A stretch of DNA of 64,000 nucleotides. It comes from an uncultured Planctomycetaceae bacterium. GTDB taxonomy: Bacteria; Planctomycetota; Planctomycetia; Planctomycetales; Planctomycetaceae. Numbering within the stretch: position 1 is the first letter of the stretch; every line of letters starts with the position of its first letter. The notes below the pieces were generated by a model. That model saw nothing but the letters and a program-made list of their open reading frames with translations, was not told the origin of the DNA and searched no databases. The position numbers were made by a program, and so were the translations under genes. Positions 44,387 through 59,660 of this stretch are shown in pieces. The stretch lies in the NCBI GenBank assembly GCA_963813715.1, contig CAWFAK010000005.1, forward strand, positions 576,001 through 640,000. Reading direction: 5' to 3'.

Positions 44387-44999
44387 TGGTTAGTCCCCGT
44401 GCCTGCTAGTAGATCTGGGATCAGCAATTCAACCGCGAACTAGGGCGCGGTGCTCATCTTGTCGCCGAGGTCCTTCAGCATTGCCGTTCGTGATTTGGGA
44501 GTTGCCATCCGAGCGCCCTGCAAATTCTAGGCGCAATGAAATGCCGGGCGAGTGGATGAAAAATGTCTGGCGATCGCTTCGGAAGCAGATTGGCTGCGCC
44601 GAAATCAATCTGCCCTTCGCTCGACCGTAGGGCTTGCGCCGCCCGTAAGTGACATGCGGGCCTTCCACGAGCAGCGGCCGCGCGATTGTCCATTCGGTCG
44701 TCGTCCGGGGCCCTGCGACGTTTTCGTGGGTTTTCGCGCGTTCCTTGTGGAGTGCTCAACGTGCGACGTACAGTGACGGGCGTTCAAACCGACGCTTTGT
44801 GGTTCCTGGACTGTCCCTGGCACAAACTGCAGCCCACCGGCACGCCAGGTTGACTCTCGGGAAATTCCGGTCTCGACGTCGTCTCTTGATCCGCCGCAAT
44901 CAAGCCGCGAGAGATGCAGCTGTCTCGATGGCAAGCGGTCGGATCCAATCGGTTAGTGGTCGGTCTGCCTTCCACGCCAGCGATTAAAAGGTCTGAAAG

Positions 45000-45296
45000 A
45001 TGGCTGAGCACCGCATTATCTGCACCCGTCACGAATCGTTCGATATGCCTCACCTCCACGCCCACGTAACCATCGTGGGAACGGAGAAATCCGCGGGTTA
45101 CTCGAAACTCTGGACGGTCACGCAGGTCTACAACGCGATGGATCAGGGAGATACTTTCTACACTCGCGGCGATGCGAGTGGGAAGAATGCCTCAGTACAA
45201 AAATACAAATGTCCGCATTGCGAGCAGGAGACCCTTCGGTCCGCCCCGGATGCCATGGCGGATAACAATTTGGAAAATCTGCCGACGCGCCAATGA
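45000..45296 (+). CDS. DUF3892-like small protein
   Basis: H..VT.VG, V..AMDQGDTFYT, TLRSAPD...DNNLENLP. Confidence 0.75.
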   Translation: MAEHRIICTRHESFDMPHLHAHVTIVGTEKSAGYSKLWTVTQVYNAMDQGDTFYTRGDASGKNASVQKYKCPHCEQETLRSAPDAMADNNLENLPTRQ

Positions 45297-45382
45297 GGGC
45301 GTGAGCGAGCGATCCTCGAGAAAGTCTCGGGACATGCCCCTCGCGGCGAAACTGAATACTGCAACGGCTAGGGAGGATATCG

Positions 45383-45670
45383 ATGCCAACGAAACAGCAA
45401 CGCGAGCAAGACAGAGACTTGGAACAGCACAGGAATGAGACCTTGCAAGCCCTCATCGAAGAGCAGGTCATCCACAGACTCGGTAAGCAAGTCGGCCTGC
45501 GCAACGTGCAAGTGCGAAGGCTCTGGGAGAATCGCTACCGTGTGAATGTCCTCGTCGGTGGGAATGCGGTGACTGCCAAGATTGCCAACAGCTATTTCGT
45601 TAAGGCAAACAGCGACGGCAACATCGTTGATTCAGACCCGGAGATGACGAAACTGTGTCCAATTCGTTGA
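45383..45670 (+). CDS. Hypothetical protein
   Basis: GGAGG RBS; VQVRRLWENRYRVNV...IANSYFV...DGNIVDSDP. Confidence 0.7.
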   Translation: MPTKQQREQDRDLEQHRNETLQALIEEQVIHRLGKQVGLRNVQVRRLWENRYRVNVLVGGNAVTAKIANSYFVKANSDGNIVDSDPEMTKLCPIR

Positions 45671-45917
45671 GCGGCTTCCGCACCGCAAACCGTTTCGGAA
45701 GCGAGAGCACGCAGGCATTTGGACACGAGCCCCAGTGGATGCAAGATCGTGACTGAGCGGACTGCCGAGATCGCCCTCAGTTGACCGCTTCGGTCCAGGA
45801 CTTCACCCAGCGGAATCACGCCGTCGATGTGACGTTCAAAGACGAGCGCCTCGGCAAGAGTGGTCGTGCGACGCCCGCCGAATCCGTCCTCGACATCACA
45901 TTCGCGAGGCGCGAACG

Positions 45918-47654
45918 ATGCTCACACGTCGACGGGCACTGGCAATCCTCGGGGCGGCAGGGATCGGTACGGGGGTCTTTCAGCGGGCATTGGCCGCCAC
46001 GGCCGGGGACGGACCGGTTTCGCCGGAAATGGTCGCGGACGCCGAGTGGATCGCAGGGATCAAGCTCACTGGGGCCCAGCGCGAGGCAGCCGTCAAGAGC
46101 CTCAACAAGTATCGAGCATCGACGAAGCGGATTCGCGCCATCGACCTCGATAATTCGCAGCGGACCGGGCTGACCTTCCGGCCGCTGACCGGCCCGGATT
46201 CACTCCCCGACCCGCGCGGCTATCAAGCTGTCAAATCGCCGAAAGCGGTTTCGCACGTGGCGGCCGCCCCAAGCTCCGACGAGGACCTGGCGTTTGCTTC
46301 GATCCGACAAATCGGTGCCTTGTTGCGCAGTCGAAAGATTTCCTCGGTTGAACTGACGAAGCTCTATCTTGCCCGTCTGCGCCGCTACGACCCCTTGCTC
46401 AAATGCGTCGTCACGTTGATGGACGAGCTGGCGCTGCGACAGGCGAAGCAAGCGGACCGGGAGCTGGCTGCGGGGAAGGAACGCGGGCCGCTCCACGGGA
46501 TTCCGTGGGGGGTCAAGGACATCATCGCCTATCCCGGCTATCCGACCACCTGGTGCGCCCCGCAGTATCGCCACCGCGTTATCAACGTGAAGGCGGCAGT
46601 CGCCGAGCGGCTGGAAAATGCGGGGGCCGTGCTCATCGCCAAGCTGGCGAGCAACCCCTTCGCGGGGGGCGGCGTGCAGTGGTACCGCGGCCTGACCCGC
46701 AGTCCCTGGAACCCACACATGGATGCAGCGGGATCGTCGTCGGGGTCCGGCTCCGCGACCGCCGCCGGACTCGTTGGCTTCTCGATCGGGACGGATACAG
46801 CGGGCAGCATTATCAACCCGTCGATGCGCTGCGGGGCCGTCGGGCTGCGTCCCACCTTCGGGCGCGTGAGCCGACACGGATGCATGCAACTCTGCTGGTC
46901 GCTCGATACCGTCGGGCCGATCTGCCGCAGCGCCGACGACTGCGGATTAGTCTTTGCGGCAATCCACGGCGCCGATCCCCGCGACGCAGTTTCCGTCGAT
47001 CGGAATTATGCGTGGCCGTCGTCTCGCGACATTTCCACGATCCGCGTCGGCTATGCTCCGGAAAACGGCAAAGACGAACATCGCGATGAACTGCGGGTCC
47101 TGCGCGACCTTGGCGCCAAACTCGTTCCCGTTCAACACACGAAACTCTTGGAGGATTACGGCCTGACCTTCGATTTGATTGAAGCGACGGTCGCGATGGA
47201 GGGGGCCGCATCGTTTGACGAGCTGACTCGTCGCGGCGAACCGAAGGGAGTCCACGGTTGGCCGAGGTACTGGGCCTACGGCCACCTGTTGTCAGCCGTC
47301 GATTACCTGAAAATCAGCCGATTGCGGGCGATCTTGATGGAGCGACTCGAGAAGCTGATGCAGACCATCGACGTCTATCTCGGCGACGAGTTGGCGCTGT
47401 ACACAAACCTCGCGGGGCATCCGCAAGTTGCGTTCCCCAAGAAGCTCGAGCAAGAGCAGGGCTTCCTGATCCCTCGACCGCAGTTGACGGCGGGTCGCGC
47501 TTACGACGAGAGCACGCTGCTTGCTCTGGCGGACGCCTATCAGCGGGCGATTGGCCTCAAGGAGCGGCCGCCGCTCGAGAAATTCCTCGCCGAAAAGGAC
47601 CAGTTTCTCAAGGACGAAAAACTCCCCGACGAGAACAAGCTTTACACCGACTAG
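45918..47654 (+). CDS. Tat-exported amidase (amidase-signature family)
   Basis: LTRRRAL Tat motif; GPLHGIPWGVKD, GSSSGSGSA, GTDTAGSI..PS..CG.VGLRPTFGRVS. Confidence 0.93.
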   Translation: MLTRRRALAILGAAGIGTGVFQRALAATAGDGPVSPEMVADAEWIAGIKLTGAQREAAVKSLNKYRASTKRIRAIDLDNSQRTGLTFRPLTGPDSLPDPRGYQAVKSPKAVSHVAAAPSSDEDLAFASIRQIGALLRSRKISSVELTKLYLARLRRYDPLLKCVVTLMDELALRQAKQADRELAAGKERGPLHGIPWGVKDIIAYPGYPTTWCAPQYRHRVINVKAAVAERLENAGAVLIAKLASNPFAGGGVQWYRGLTRSPWNPHMDAAGSSSGSGSATAAGLVGFSIGTDTAGSIINPSMRCGAVGLRPTFGRVSRHGCMQLCWSLDTVGPICRSADDCGLVFAAIHGADPRDAVSVDRNYAWPSSRDISTIRVGYAPENGKDEHRDELRVLRDLGAKLVPVQHTKLLEDYGLTFDLIEATVAMEGAASFDELTRRGEPKGVHGWPRYWAYGHLLSAVDYLKISRLRAILMERLEKLMQTIDVYLGDELALYTNLAGHPQVAFPKKLEQEQGFLIPRPQLTAGRAYDESTLLALADAYQRAIGLKERPPLEKFLAEKDQFLKDEKLPDENKLYTD

Positions 47655-47658
47655 TCGC

Positions 47659-47682
47659 GCCGCGGCGCAAAGCGCCGACGCA
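47659..47682 (+). repeat. 24-bp direct repeat, right copy (GCCGCGGCGCAAAGCGCCGACGCA), containing a CGGCGC-AAA-GCGCCG hairpin
   Basis: 23/24 identical to 35023-35046; lies between the convergent amidase and gyrB stops. Confidence 0.8.
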
Positions 47683-47715
47683 CAATCGGCCTCGAGAGGG
47701 GAATGACGCGTGTCG

Positions 47716-50382
<2,667 letters not shown>

Positions 50383-50400
50383 TCAGCGTGATTTGTTTGG

Positions 50401-50745
50401 TCAGCGTGACGAGAGATTTCCTCGGATCACGAATTTGAGGTCGCGAATTTTCAATTCCGGATGGTCCCGGGTGAAGGCTGCCAGCAACGTCGTTTTGTGA
50501 TAAGAAGCCAGTTCGCTCAAGAGCGGGGAGTTGCCCACCGCTACCTGCAAAACGCCCCGGCGAATCCCGACGACTTTCGTCCCGCTGGCCACCGAGTCCC
50601 CGGCGATGTTTTTCCAGGCTTCGGCCAGTTGTGCGTTCCCGCGAACGCGAGCCCAGCCTCGCAGTGCAATCAAGTCCGTGACAGCCTGCGAAAGGCGGTC
50701 GGGTAGTCGGCCCCGTCCGTGAGTCATCGATCCCTCATGCCGCAA
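50401..50745 (-). CDS. dciA: DUF721/DciA family protein
   Basis: AWKNIAG...TKVVGIRRGVLQVAV.NS.LLSEL; located between dnaN and gyrB. Confidence 0.8.
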   Translation of the reverse strand: MRHEGSMTHGRGRLPDRLSQAVTDLIALRGWARVRGNAQLAEAWKNIAGDSVASGTKVVGIRRGVLQVAVGNSPLLSELASYHKTTLLAAFTRDHPELKIRDLKFVIRGNLSSR

Positions 50746-50751
50746 TCCGTC

Positions 50752-51861
50752 TTATCGATCCCTCGACAGCGGCATCACAACGTAGGTGTAGGCGTCGTCC
50801 GTGCGGAACACGGCCGCGCTCTCCGCGTCGATCAGCTCCAGGCGCATCGTTTTCTCCGGCTCGAGCACGCGGAGGAAGTCGGCGATGAACCGCGGATCGA
50901 ACAGGATCGCCAGCTCGCCCCCCTCGTAACTGATCGGCAATTGGATCACCGACTGCCCGACGTCGGCCGACTTGCTCGTCAGCGTGAGTAGGCCGGTCGA
51001 AAACTTGAAATCGACGCCGCGGCTGTCCTCTTCGGTGACGATCTGGGCCTGGCGGATCGCCGAGTAGAACGGGCCCACCAACAGGTCGATCGATTTCTCG
51101 GCCCTGGCGGGAATCACGTCCCGGTATTTCGGAAAGCGGCCTTCCACCAGCCGGCTGTAAATCGTCGAGCTGCCGACTTTCACCAGTGCCTCGTTCGCAT
51201 GCACAGCCAGCAGGGCTTCGCTTTCCGCGTCCGGAATGCTCCGCTCGATCAGTGAGAGGGCCTTGGTCGGAATGACCGGAGCCTGGTTCTCCGCGCGGGC
51301 TCCCTGGCTGCGACACGTCGCCTCGAAGACGGCCAAGCGGCGCGTGTCAGTGGCGGCGAAGGTGATCTTGTCCCCGGTCAGCTCGAGCTGCACGCCCCCC
51401 AAGGCGTAACGCGAGCTTTCCGCGTCGGTGGCGAACGTCGTCCGCTTGATCGCGTCTTTGAGCGCCTTGGTGCCGATGGCGACGTAGTGCTCGTCGTCGA
51501 ACTCGGCGACGGGCGGAAATTCGCTCGGGTCTTGCGCGGAGAGACGGAACTCGCTTTTTTCGCTTTTGATCCAGACGGCATCATCGGCGAGCGACAGATC
51601 GACGGTGTCTTCGCTCAACTCGCGGACAATGGCCGTGACTCGCGCGGCGGGCAACAACGTCTCACCCTCTCGCTCGATCTCGACGCCCGGGATCTCGTAG
51701 CGAATGCCTACCTCGGAGTCGGTTCCCAGCAGAGTGGCCTTGCCGCCGGCGACCTCCAGCTTGATGTTCTTGAGGACTTCTTTGGGAGTTCGCGACGGCA
51801 CTACGCCGCTGACAACTTGCAGGGCGGCCGCCAACGCCGGACGGTGACAATGCAGTTTCAT
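50752..51861 (-). CDS. dnaN: DNA polymerase III beta sliding clamp
   Basis: GTDSEVGI, SRYALGGV, ATDTRRLA, SRLVEGRFPKYRDVIP, YVVMPL. Confidence 0.97.
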   Translation of the reverse strand: MKLHCHRPALAAALQVVSGVVPSRTPKEVLKNIKLEVAGGKATLLGTDSEVGIRYEIPGVEIEREGETLLPAARVTAIVRELSEDTVDLSLADDAVWIKSEKSEFRLSAQDPSEFPPVAEFDDEHYVAIGTKALKDAIKRTTFATDAESSRYALGGVQLELTGDKITFAATDTRRLAVFEATCRSQGARAENQAPVIPTKALSLIERSIPDAESEALLAVHANEALVKVGSSTIYSRLVEGRFPKYRDVIPARAEKSIDLLVGPFYSAIRQAQIVTEEDSRGVDFKFSTGLLTLTSKSADVGQSVIQLPISYEGGELAILFDPRFIADFLRVLEPEKTMRLELIDAESAAVFRTDDAYTYVVMPLSRDR

Positions 51862-51959
51862 GTCCGTGAGACCATCCTAAAATGTTCGCGCAGCGGGAAC
51901 CCGAAAGGGGACGACTCGAGGTGCATGTTCGCCGCGTGAAACAGGCAATCCGTTCTCGG

Positions 51960-52263
51960 GAATTCGAATAGGGAATTATAGAATTTCGTAGTCGTAGCAG
52001 CAACGAACAATGCGGTGGAAAACGTCCGGAATCAATAATCGCAAGTGATTATTTGGCAATAACTTGCGAATGGTCCTTTTCGGCTGCATGAGCGTGAGCT
52101 GGGTGTCGAAAAATGGTTCGCGGCACGGCGAGAAATTGTCGGCTGTTTTTGGTTAATTCTCGACCAGGCTGCCGCGTTCCCATCCAGCAAAATTGACCAG
52201 CCGAAGACAATCCAAGTTTCAGCAGCCAATTCACCGGGCGGGACTGGTCAGCAAAAAATTGCG
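51960..52263. other. oriC: Probable chromosomal replication origin (dnaA-dnaN intergenic region)
   Basis: AT-rich 51961-51987; trio-like TAG-TCG-TAG-CAG-CAA 51989-52003; DnaA-box-like GGTGGAAAA 52014-52022; palindrome TCGCAAGT-N15-ACTTGCGA 52039-52069. Confidence 0.6.
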
Positions 52264-53302
52264 TCAGGCGCGACGCAGCGCGCGGTGCAAGCGTTCGATG
52301 TCCCGCGCGAGTGCCGGGTCTCCGGCCAGCAGGGCTCGCGTGCGGCTGCAGGCGTGCACGACCGTCGTATGGTTCTTGCGGCCGAAGTAGCGCGCGATCT
52401 GCACGGCCGATTGACCGCTCAGCTCGCGGGCTAACAGCATGGCGACCTGCCGCGGCAGGATCGAGCGTTTCGGTCGACCGAGCGAGCGCAGCTCGGCCAC
52501 GGGCACTTTGAAGAACTCGGCCACCGCGGCGGCGATCTTGGTTAGCGTGACATCGCGTGCCGACGAAGACGATCGCAAATGGGCCCGCAACAGGCCCTCG
52601 TCAGCTTCGGGGCGGCCGTTCCGCGACCGCAGCTCCAAGTTCACCAGCGCGGCCAACAATTCGCGCGGCGTCCCCGGGCCCTCGTCCGCCAACACGGCTG
52701 CTGCTGGCGCCGAAAGGGGAATCTGACGCGAGGCGGCCATCTTCGTCGCGAAACCGAGCCGGCCTGTCCGCCCCAGGAGCTCGATCGGCACGCACAGACC
52801 GCCGCGCAACCGGTTGATGAGCCGCGGGGCCATTTTTTCGAGTCCGCCGGGCCGCGTGGCCGAGGTGACCAGCGCTCGCCGACCGGACTGCTTCAAATCG
52901 TCGAGGATGGCAATCAGCATCCGCTGGGCGGGAATGCGATCTCCGAGCGACGCCAAATCCTCCAGCACGAAGAGATCGGCCGCGGCGTACCGCTCCTGAA
53001 ACTCGACCCGATCCTGCCGGGCGAAAGCCTGGCGTAAGAGCCGCGAGAAATTCGACCGCCGTCTCGCAGATAATGCGTCGCCGCGGGTTTTTGCGGCGGG
53101 CCTCGCGGACGAAGTGCCGCACCAGGTGCGACTTGCCGACGCCGGCCGGACCGTACAAATAGACGAGCCAGATCGCGTCGTCGGTCGACGGGGAGAGCAG
53201 CCGCTGCGCGGCCGAATGCGCGAGCTGATTCTCCTTGAGCAGCACGAGCGGCTCGCTGGGAGACGGCGACGCGTTCGAGGAATCTTGTTGATATCGGGCC
53301 AT
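52264..53302 (-). CDS. dnaA: Short DnaA-family initiator (AAA+ domain and domain IV only); frameshift at ~53050
   Basis: [41 protein letters not shown]...[17 protein letters not shown]; directly upstream of dnaN. Confidence 0.85.
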
Positions 53303-53336
53303 GCGAGCCTCGTGCTCCGGCGGCCGCGGAACGGGA

Positions 53337-54547
53337 CTAGTTGTTGGCGATCGGCTCCGGTTGGCGATTCGCGGTCCGCGTCGGCGGGCGCGATTCCCCG
53401 CTGCTCGGCGCGGAGCCGGCTGACGACTCGCGCGATCCGCTCAACGGCCTCGTCGATCTCCTCGACCGTATTCTCGAACGACAAACTGAAACGCACCGAC
53501 GAGGCGACGACCTCCGGCGGGCAACCCATCGCCACCAGGGCGGGCGACGGCTCCGTCGATCCGCTCGCGCACGTGCTGCCGAGCGAACAGGCGATGCCGG
53601 CCAGATCGAGGGCAACGAACAGGGCGTCTCCCTCAACTCCGGGAAGGCGATGTTGAGCGTATTGGTCAGCCGCTGTGCCTGCGATCCGTTGACCGACGGC
53701 CGGCGCAGGCGGACAAGAGGCCCTGCTCGAGGCGATCGCGAAGGCCGCGAACGTGCGGCGTCGCGCGGTGCTTGCTCCGCCTGCCACCGCTCCAAGGCGA
53801 CGGCCATGCCGACGGCCAGCGCCACTGGCTCGGTCCCCGCGCGGCGATCGGCTTCTTGGTGGCCGCCCAGTTGCCGGGGCCGCAGCCTGGCATCTTCTTG
53901 CAGCAAGAGCGCGCCGATGCCCCGCGGGCCGTGGAATTTGTGCGCGCCCAGCGAAAGGGCCGTCGCCCCCAGCGCATGAAAATCGACGGGCATTTTGCCG
54001 ACCGCCTGCACGCCGTCCAGGTGCAGCGGAATTCCTCGCGCCGGCACCGTTCGGCCAGCGGCGCGACGTCCTGCACCACGCCCGTCTCGTTGTGGGCCAG
54101 GATCACCGTCGCCAGGCCGATTTCGTCCCAGGAAATTTCGTCGAGCTGCTCGGCGAAGCAGGCGCCCTTCGCGATCGACGTCGAGAAACTGCAGCTGGGC
54201 CCCCTCTTCCTGCAGACGCCGGCAGGCTTGCCGCACGGCCGGATGCTCGCCGGCCGTGGTCAGCACGGTGTTGTTCAGAACCGTGGCCGGTCGGCGCGGG
54301 CGAGCCCCAGGATGGCCAGATTGATCGCTTCGGTGCCGCCGCTCGTAAAGATGACTTCAGACGGCCGGGCGTGCAGAATGGCGGCGATTTTTTCCCGCGC
54401 GTCCTCGAGCGCCCGCCGCGCGATGCGACCCTCCGCGTGGCGGCTGCCGGGATTGGCATAACTCTCGCGCGCGTGGCGGGCGACCGCCTCGACCACTTCC
54501 GGCAATGGCCGGGTCGTCGAGTTGTGGTCGAGGAAGATGCGCGACAT
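53337..54547 (-). CDS. iscS: Cysteine desulfurase (IscS/NifS family); several frameshifts; 3' end approximate
   Basis: [73 protein letters not shown]. Confidence 0.85.
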
Positions 54548-54568
54548 GCGGACTTCTATCGAGCGACT

Positions 54569-55652
54569 TCACTTGCGCGAGACGCCCGCTTGAATGCGTT
54601 CGACGATTGCCGTGCCGACTTCCACCGTGGTCGCGGTGCCACCGAGATCGGCCGTGCGCGGTCCGGACTCGGCGAGCAGATGGGCGACCGCCGAGCGAAT
54701 GGCGGCCGCAGCGTCGGCGAGTTCGAGGTGTTCCAGCATCATACCGGCCGAGAGGATGGCGGCAAGCGGATTCGCGATGCCGCGGCCGGCGATGTCGGGA
54801 GCCGATCCGTGTACCGGCTCGAACATGCTGGGATGGCGCCCGGTCGGATCGAGATTGGCGCTCGCGGCCAGGCCCATGCTGCCGACGAGAATCGCGGCCA
54901 GATCCGTGAGAATGTCGCCGAACAGATTGCTGGCAACGACGACGTCGAACGACTCGGGCCGCCGCACGAAGTCCATCACCGCGCGATCGACGAGCAGCGA
55001 TTCGGTCGCGATTTCGGGAAAGTCCCGGGCGACGGCGGCGAAAACTTCGTCCCACAACACCATGCCGTAGCCCTGCGCGTTGCTCTTAGTGATCGAAGCG
55101 ACCCGTTTGCGCGGCCGCGCGCGGGCCTTCTCGAACGCCGCGCGGATGATTCGCTCGCAGCCGCGGCGCGTGAAGACGGCAGTTTGAATTGCCACTTCCT
55201 CGGCGCGCCCCTGGTAAAGCCGGCCGCCGACGTTGGCATATTCGCCCTCCGTGTTCTCGCGAAAGACGACGATGTCGATCGAGCCGGGCGCCTTGTTCGC
55301 CAGCGGACTCTCGACTCCCGGATAGAGATAGGCAGGCCGCACGCAGACGCACTGGTCGAACCGCCGGCGGATCGGCAGCAACAGACCGTTGAGCGTGACA
55401 TGGTCCTGCACCCGCGGGTGGCCCACTGCGCCCAGCAAGATGGCGTCGTGCCGGGCGAGCTGGTCGAGGAAGTCGGCCGGCGCCATGCGGTTATGGGCGA
55501 AGTAGTAGTCGGTGCCCCAGGGATAGTTCGGTCCAGGTGAAAGCCGCGTCGCCGTTCGGGACGGCCGCCTCGACGGCCCGGATGGCTTCCCGGGTGACTT
55601 CCGGACCGATCCCGTCCCCGGCAATGACGGCAATATCGAAGTTCTGTGCCAT
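54569..55652 (-). CDS. Tartrate/3-isopropylmalate dehydrogenase family; frameshift at ~55530
   Basis: IAVIAGDGIGPEV, FRENTEGEY, TKSNA, NLFGDILTDL, SMFEPVHGSAPDIAGRGIANP, RTADLGG. Confidence 0.9.
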
Positions 55653-55677
55653 AGCCAGTTTCCGATTCGAATCGATG

Positions 55678-55710
55678 AAAAAACCCACCGGCGACGAACC
55701 GGTGGGTTTT
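55678..55710 (-). terminator. Intrinsic terminator (probably bidirectional) downstream of hppA
   Basis: AAAACCCACCGG-CGACGAA-CCGGTGGGTTTT perfect stem flanked by A/T runs. Confidence 0.8.
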
Positions 55711-55736
55711 GAGAAACTCGACTGATCAGCAGCCGG

Positions 55737-58311
<2,575 letters not shown>

Positions 58312-58523
58312 TCTGTCCGATCTACAAGGGGTCCAAATTACGGGGACCCGGTTTCGTTACCCATTATTTTTAAGGCCCGGATCATAGCCGAGTTGACACG
58401 TGTTAACTACCAATCTGCCCCATCCGAGGCAACCGTCCGAAAAGAAAATCTGACCCGGTGGCGGCGGCCGACTTATAATCGATTTTCCCCCGGTTTCGGC
58501 CTCGATTTCCCCCCTAAAAACTC

Positions 58524-59660
58524 ATGATCGACGGCATCCTCGACCGCGAAGAATATATCGAGCAGGCGTACTGCTTTCGCGCCTTTCGCGAGCGGCTCCA
58601 GGACAACGTTCCATCTCAGGAGATTCTGGCCGGACTATCGGAGGAGCTGCTCAACACGTCTAACCTCCCCAAAGCCATCGACTTCCTCCGCGGGGAGATC
58701 CTGCACACCGGCCGCATCAGCCCGGGAATGGCCCGGTTGGGCCATTACTTTACGGCGTTCCAGACCTTCGTCATGTCGCGGGCCGAGGAGGAACGCTCCC
58801 GCTTCGACCAGAAGACGGCCCTGCAGGCCCTCGAACGCCTGGCCGAGTACCTGTCGGGCAACCCGGTGCCGGCCGGCCTCTTCATCTATCAATTCGAGTG
58901 CATCGCCCGCAACCGCCTGGGCTACGACCGCGGCATGAAGGCCATCGCCGACGATCCCTCCTACGACGAGGCCTGGCGCGACTGGATTATGAAAGTCCGC
59001 CTGCGGCTCGGCTCGACCGACTTCGGCCAGCTCATTTATTACCGCTCGGAGCAATTCGTCGAAGAGAAGCGCAAACGCAACGCCAAGTACAAGCCCTCCT
59101 ACCCGATCCTCTTCGGACAAAAGGAAGGGCGGATCGCCAAAGCCAATCGCGGCAAAGACCCGCTCTACATGTTCGCCGCCCTGCAGCGACAACTGGGCCA
59201 CCCGGCCGTCCCCCGCGTCCGCGCCGTCGACCCGGGCCCGATCATTCACCCGGCCCTCGAGCAACGGCTGCAGCGGATCGAAACGCGGTTGAAGATTCTC
59301 GACGCCGAAGTCAAAGGCGACTTCAACATCAGCGAGTATTTCGTCAAGCCCGAAGCGGCCATCGAACCTCCGCCGAACTCGCGCGTTCCCGCACGCATCC
59401 TCCGAGCCGGGGGCGTCAGTCCCCGGAGGACTCTCGGCAAGCTGACGCTTGTCGCTCAGGAGTACCAAGCGTTGCCAACCGGCACCTGGGCCGGTAAGAA
59501 AGAATGCGCACCGGGGTTTTGCAACGATCGTCCGCCACTGATCGGAGTTGGCCATGCTCAAAGGCATTCCCGCCGTCATCTCGCCCGACCTGATGCACGT
59601 GTTGATGAAAATGGGGCACGGCGACGAGCTCGTGATCGCCGACGGGAACTTTCCGGCTGA
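58524..59660 (+). CDS. Conserved hypothetical protein; true 3' end probably near 59390
   Basis: Strong codon bias up to ~59380 (LDREEYIEQAY, NRLGYD.G, LFG.KEGRIAKANRGKDPLYMFAALQRQLG); the tail then runs through a REP-like hairpin pair and into fucU. Confidence 0.75.
   Translation: MIDGILDREEYIEQAYCFRAFRERLQDNVPSQEILAGLSEELLNTSNLPKAIDFLRGEILHTGRISPGMARLGHYFTAFQTFVMSRAEEERSRFDQKTALQALERLAEYLSGNPVPAGLFIYQFECIARNRLGYDRGMKAIADDPSYDEAWRDWIMKVRLRLGSTDFGQLIYYRSEQFVEEKRKRNAKYKPSYPILFGQKEGRIAKANRGKDPLYMFAALQRQLGHPAVPRVRAVDPGPIIHPALEQRLQRIETRLKILDAEVKGDFNISEYFVKPEAAIEPPPNSRVPARILRAGGVSPRRTLGKLTLVAQEYQALPTGTWAGKKECAPGFCNDRPPLIGVGHAQRHSRRHLARPDARVDENGARRRARDRRRELSG
59404..59457. repeat. Inverted pair of REP-like hairpins (GAGC-stem-GCGTCAG-stem)
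   Basis: GAGCCGGGGGCGTCAGTCCCCGG on +; GAGCGACAAGCGTCAGCTTGCCG on - (59435-59457). Confidence 0.55.

Noticed and set aside
52264..53787. 507-aa ORF appearing to fuse the IscS C-terminus to DnaA
   Set aside because: The middle of the ORF is out of frame with the DnaA Walker A region; it is a product of indels in both genes
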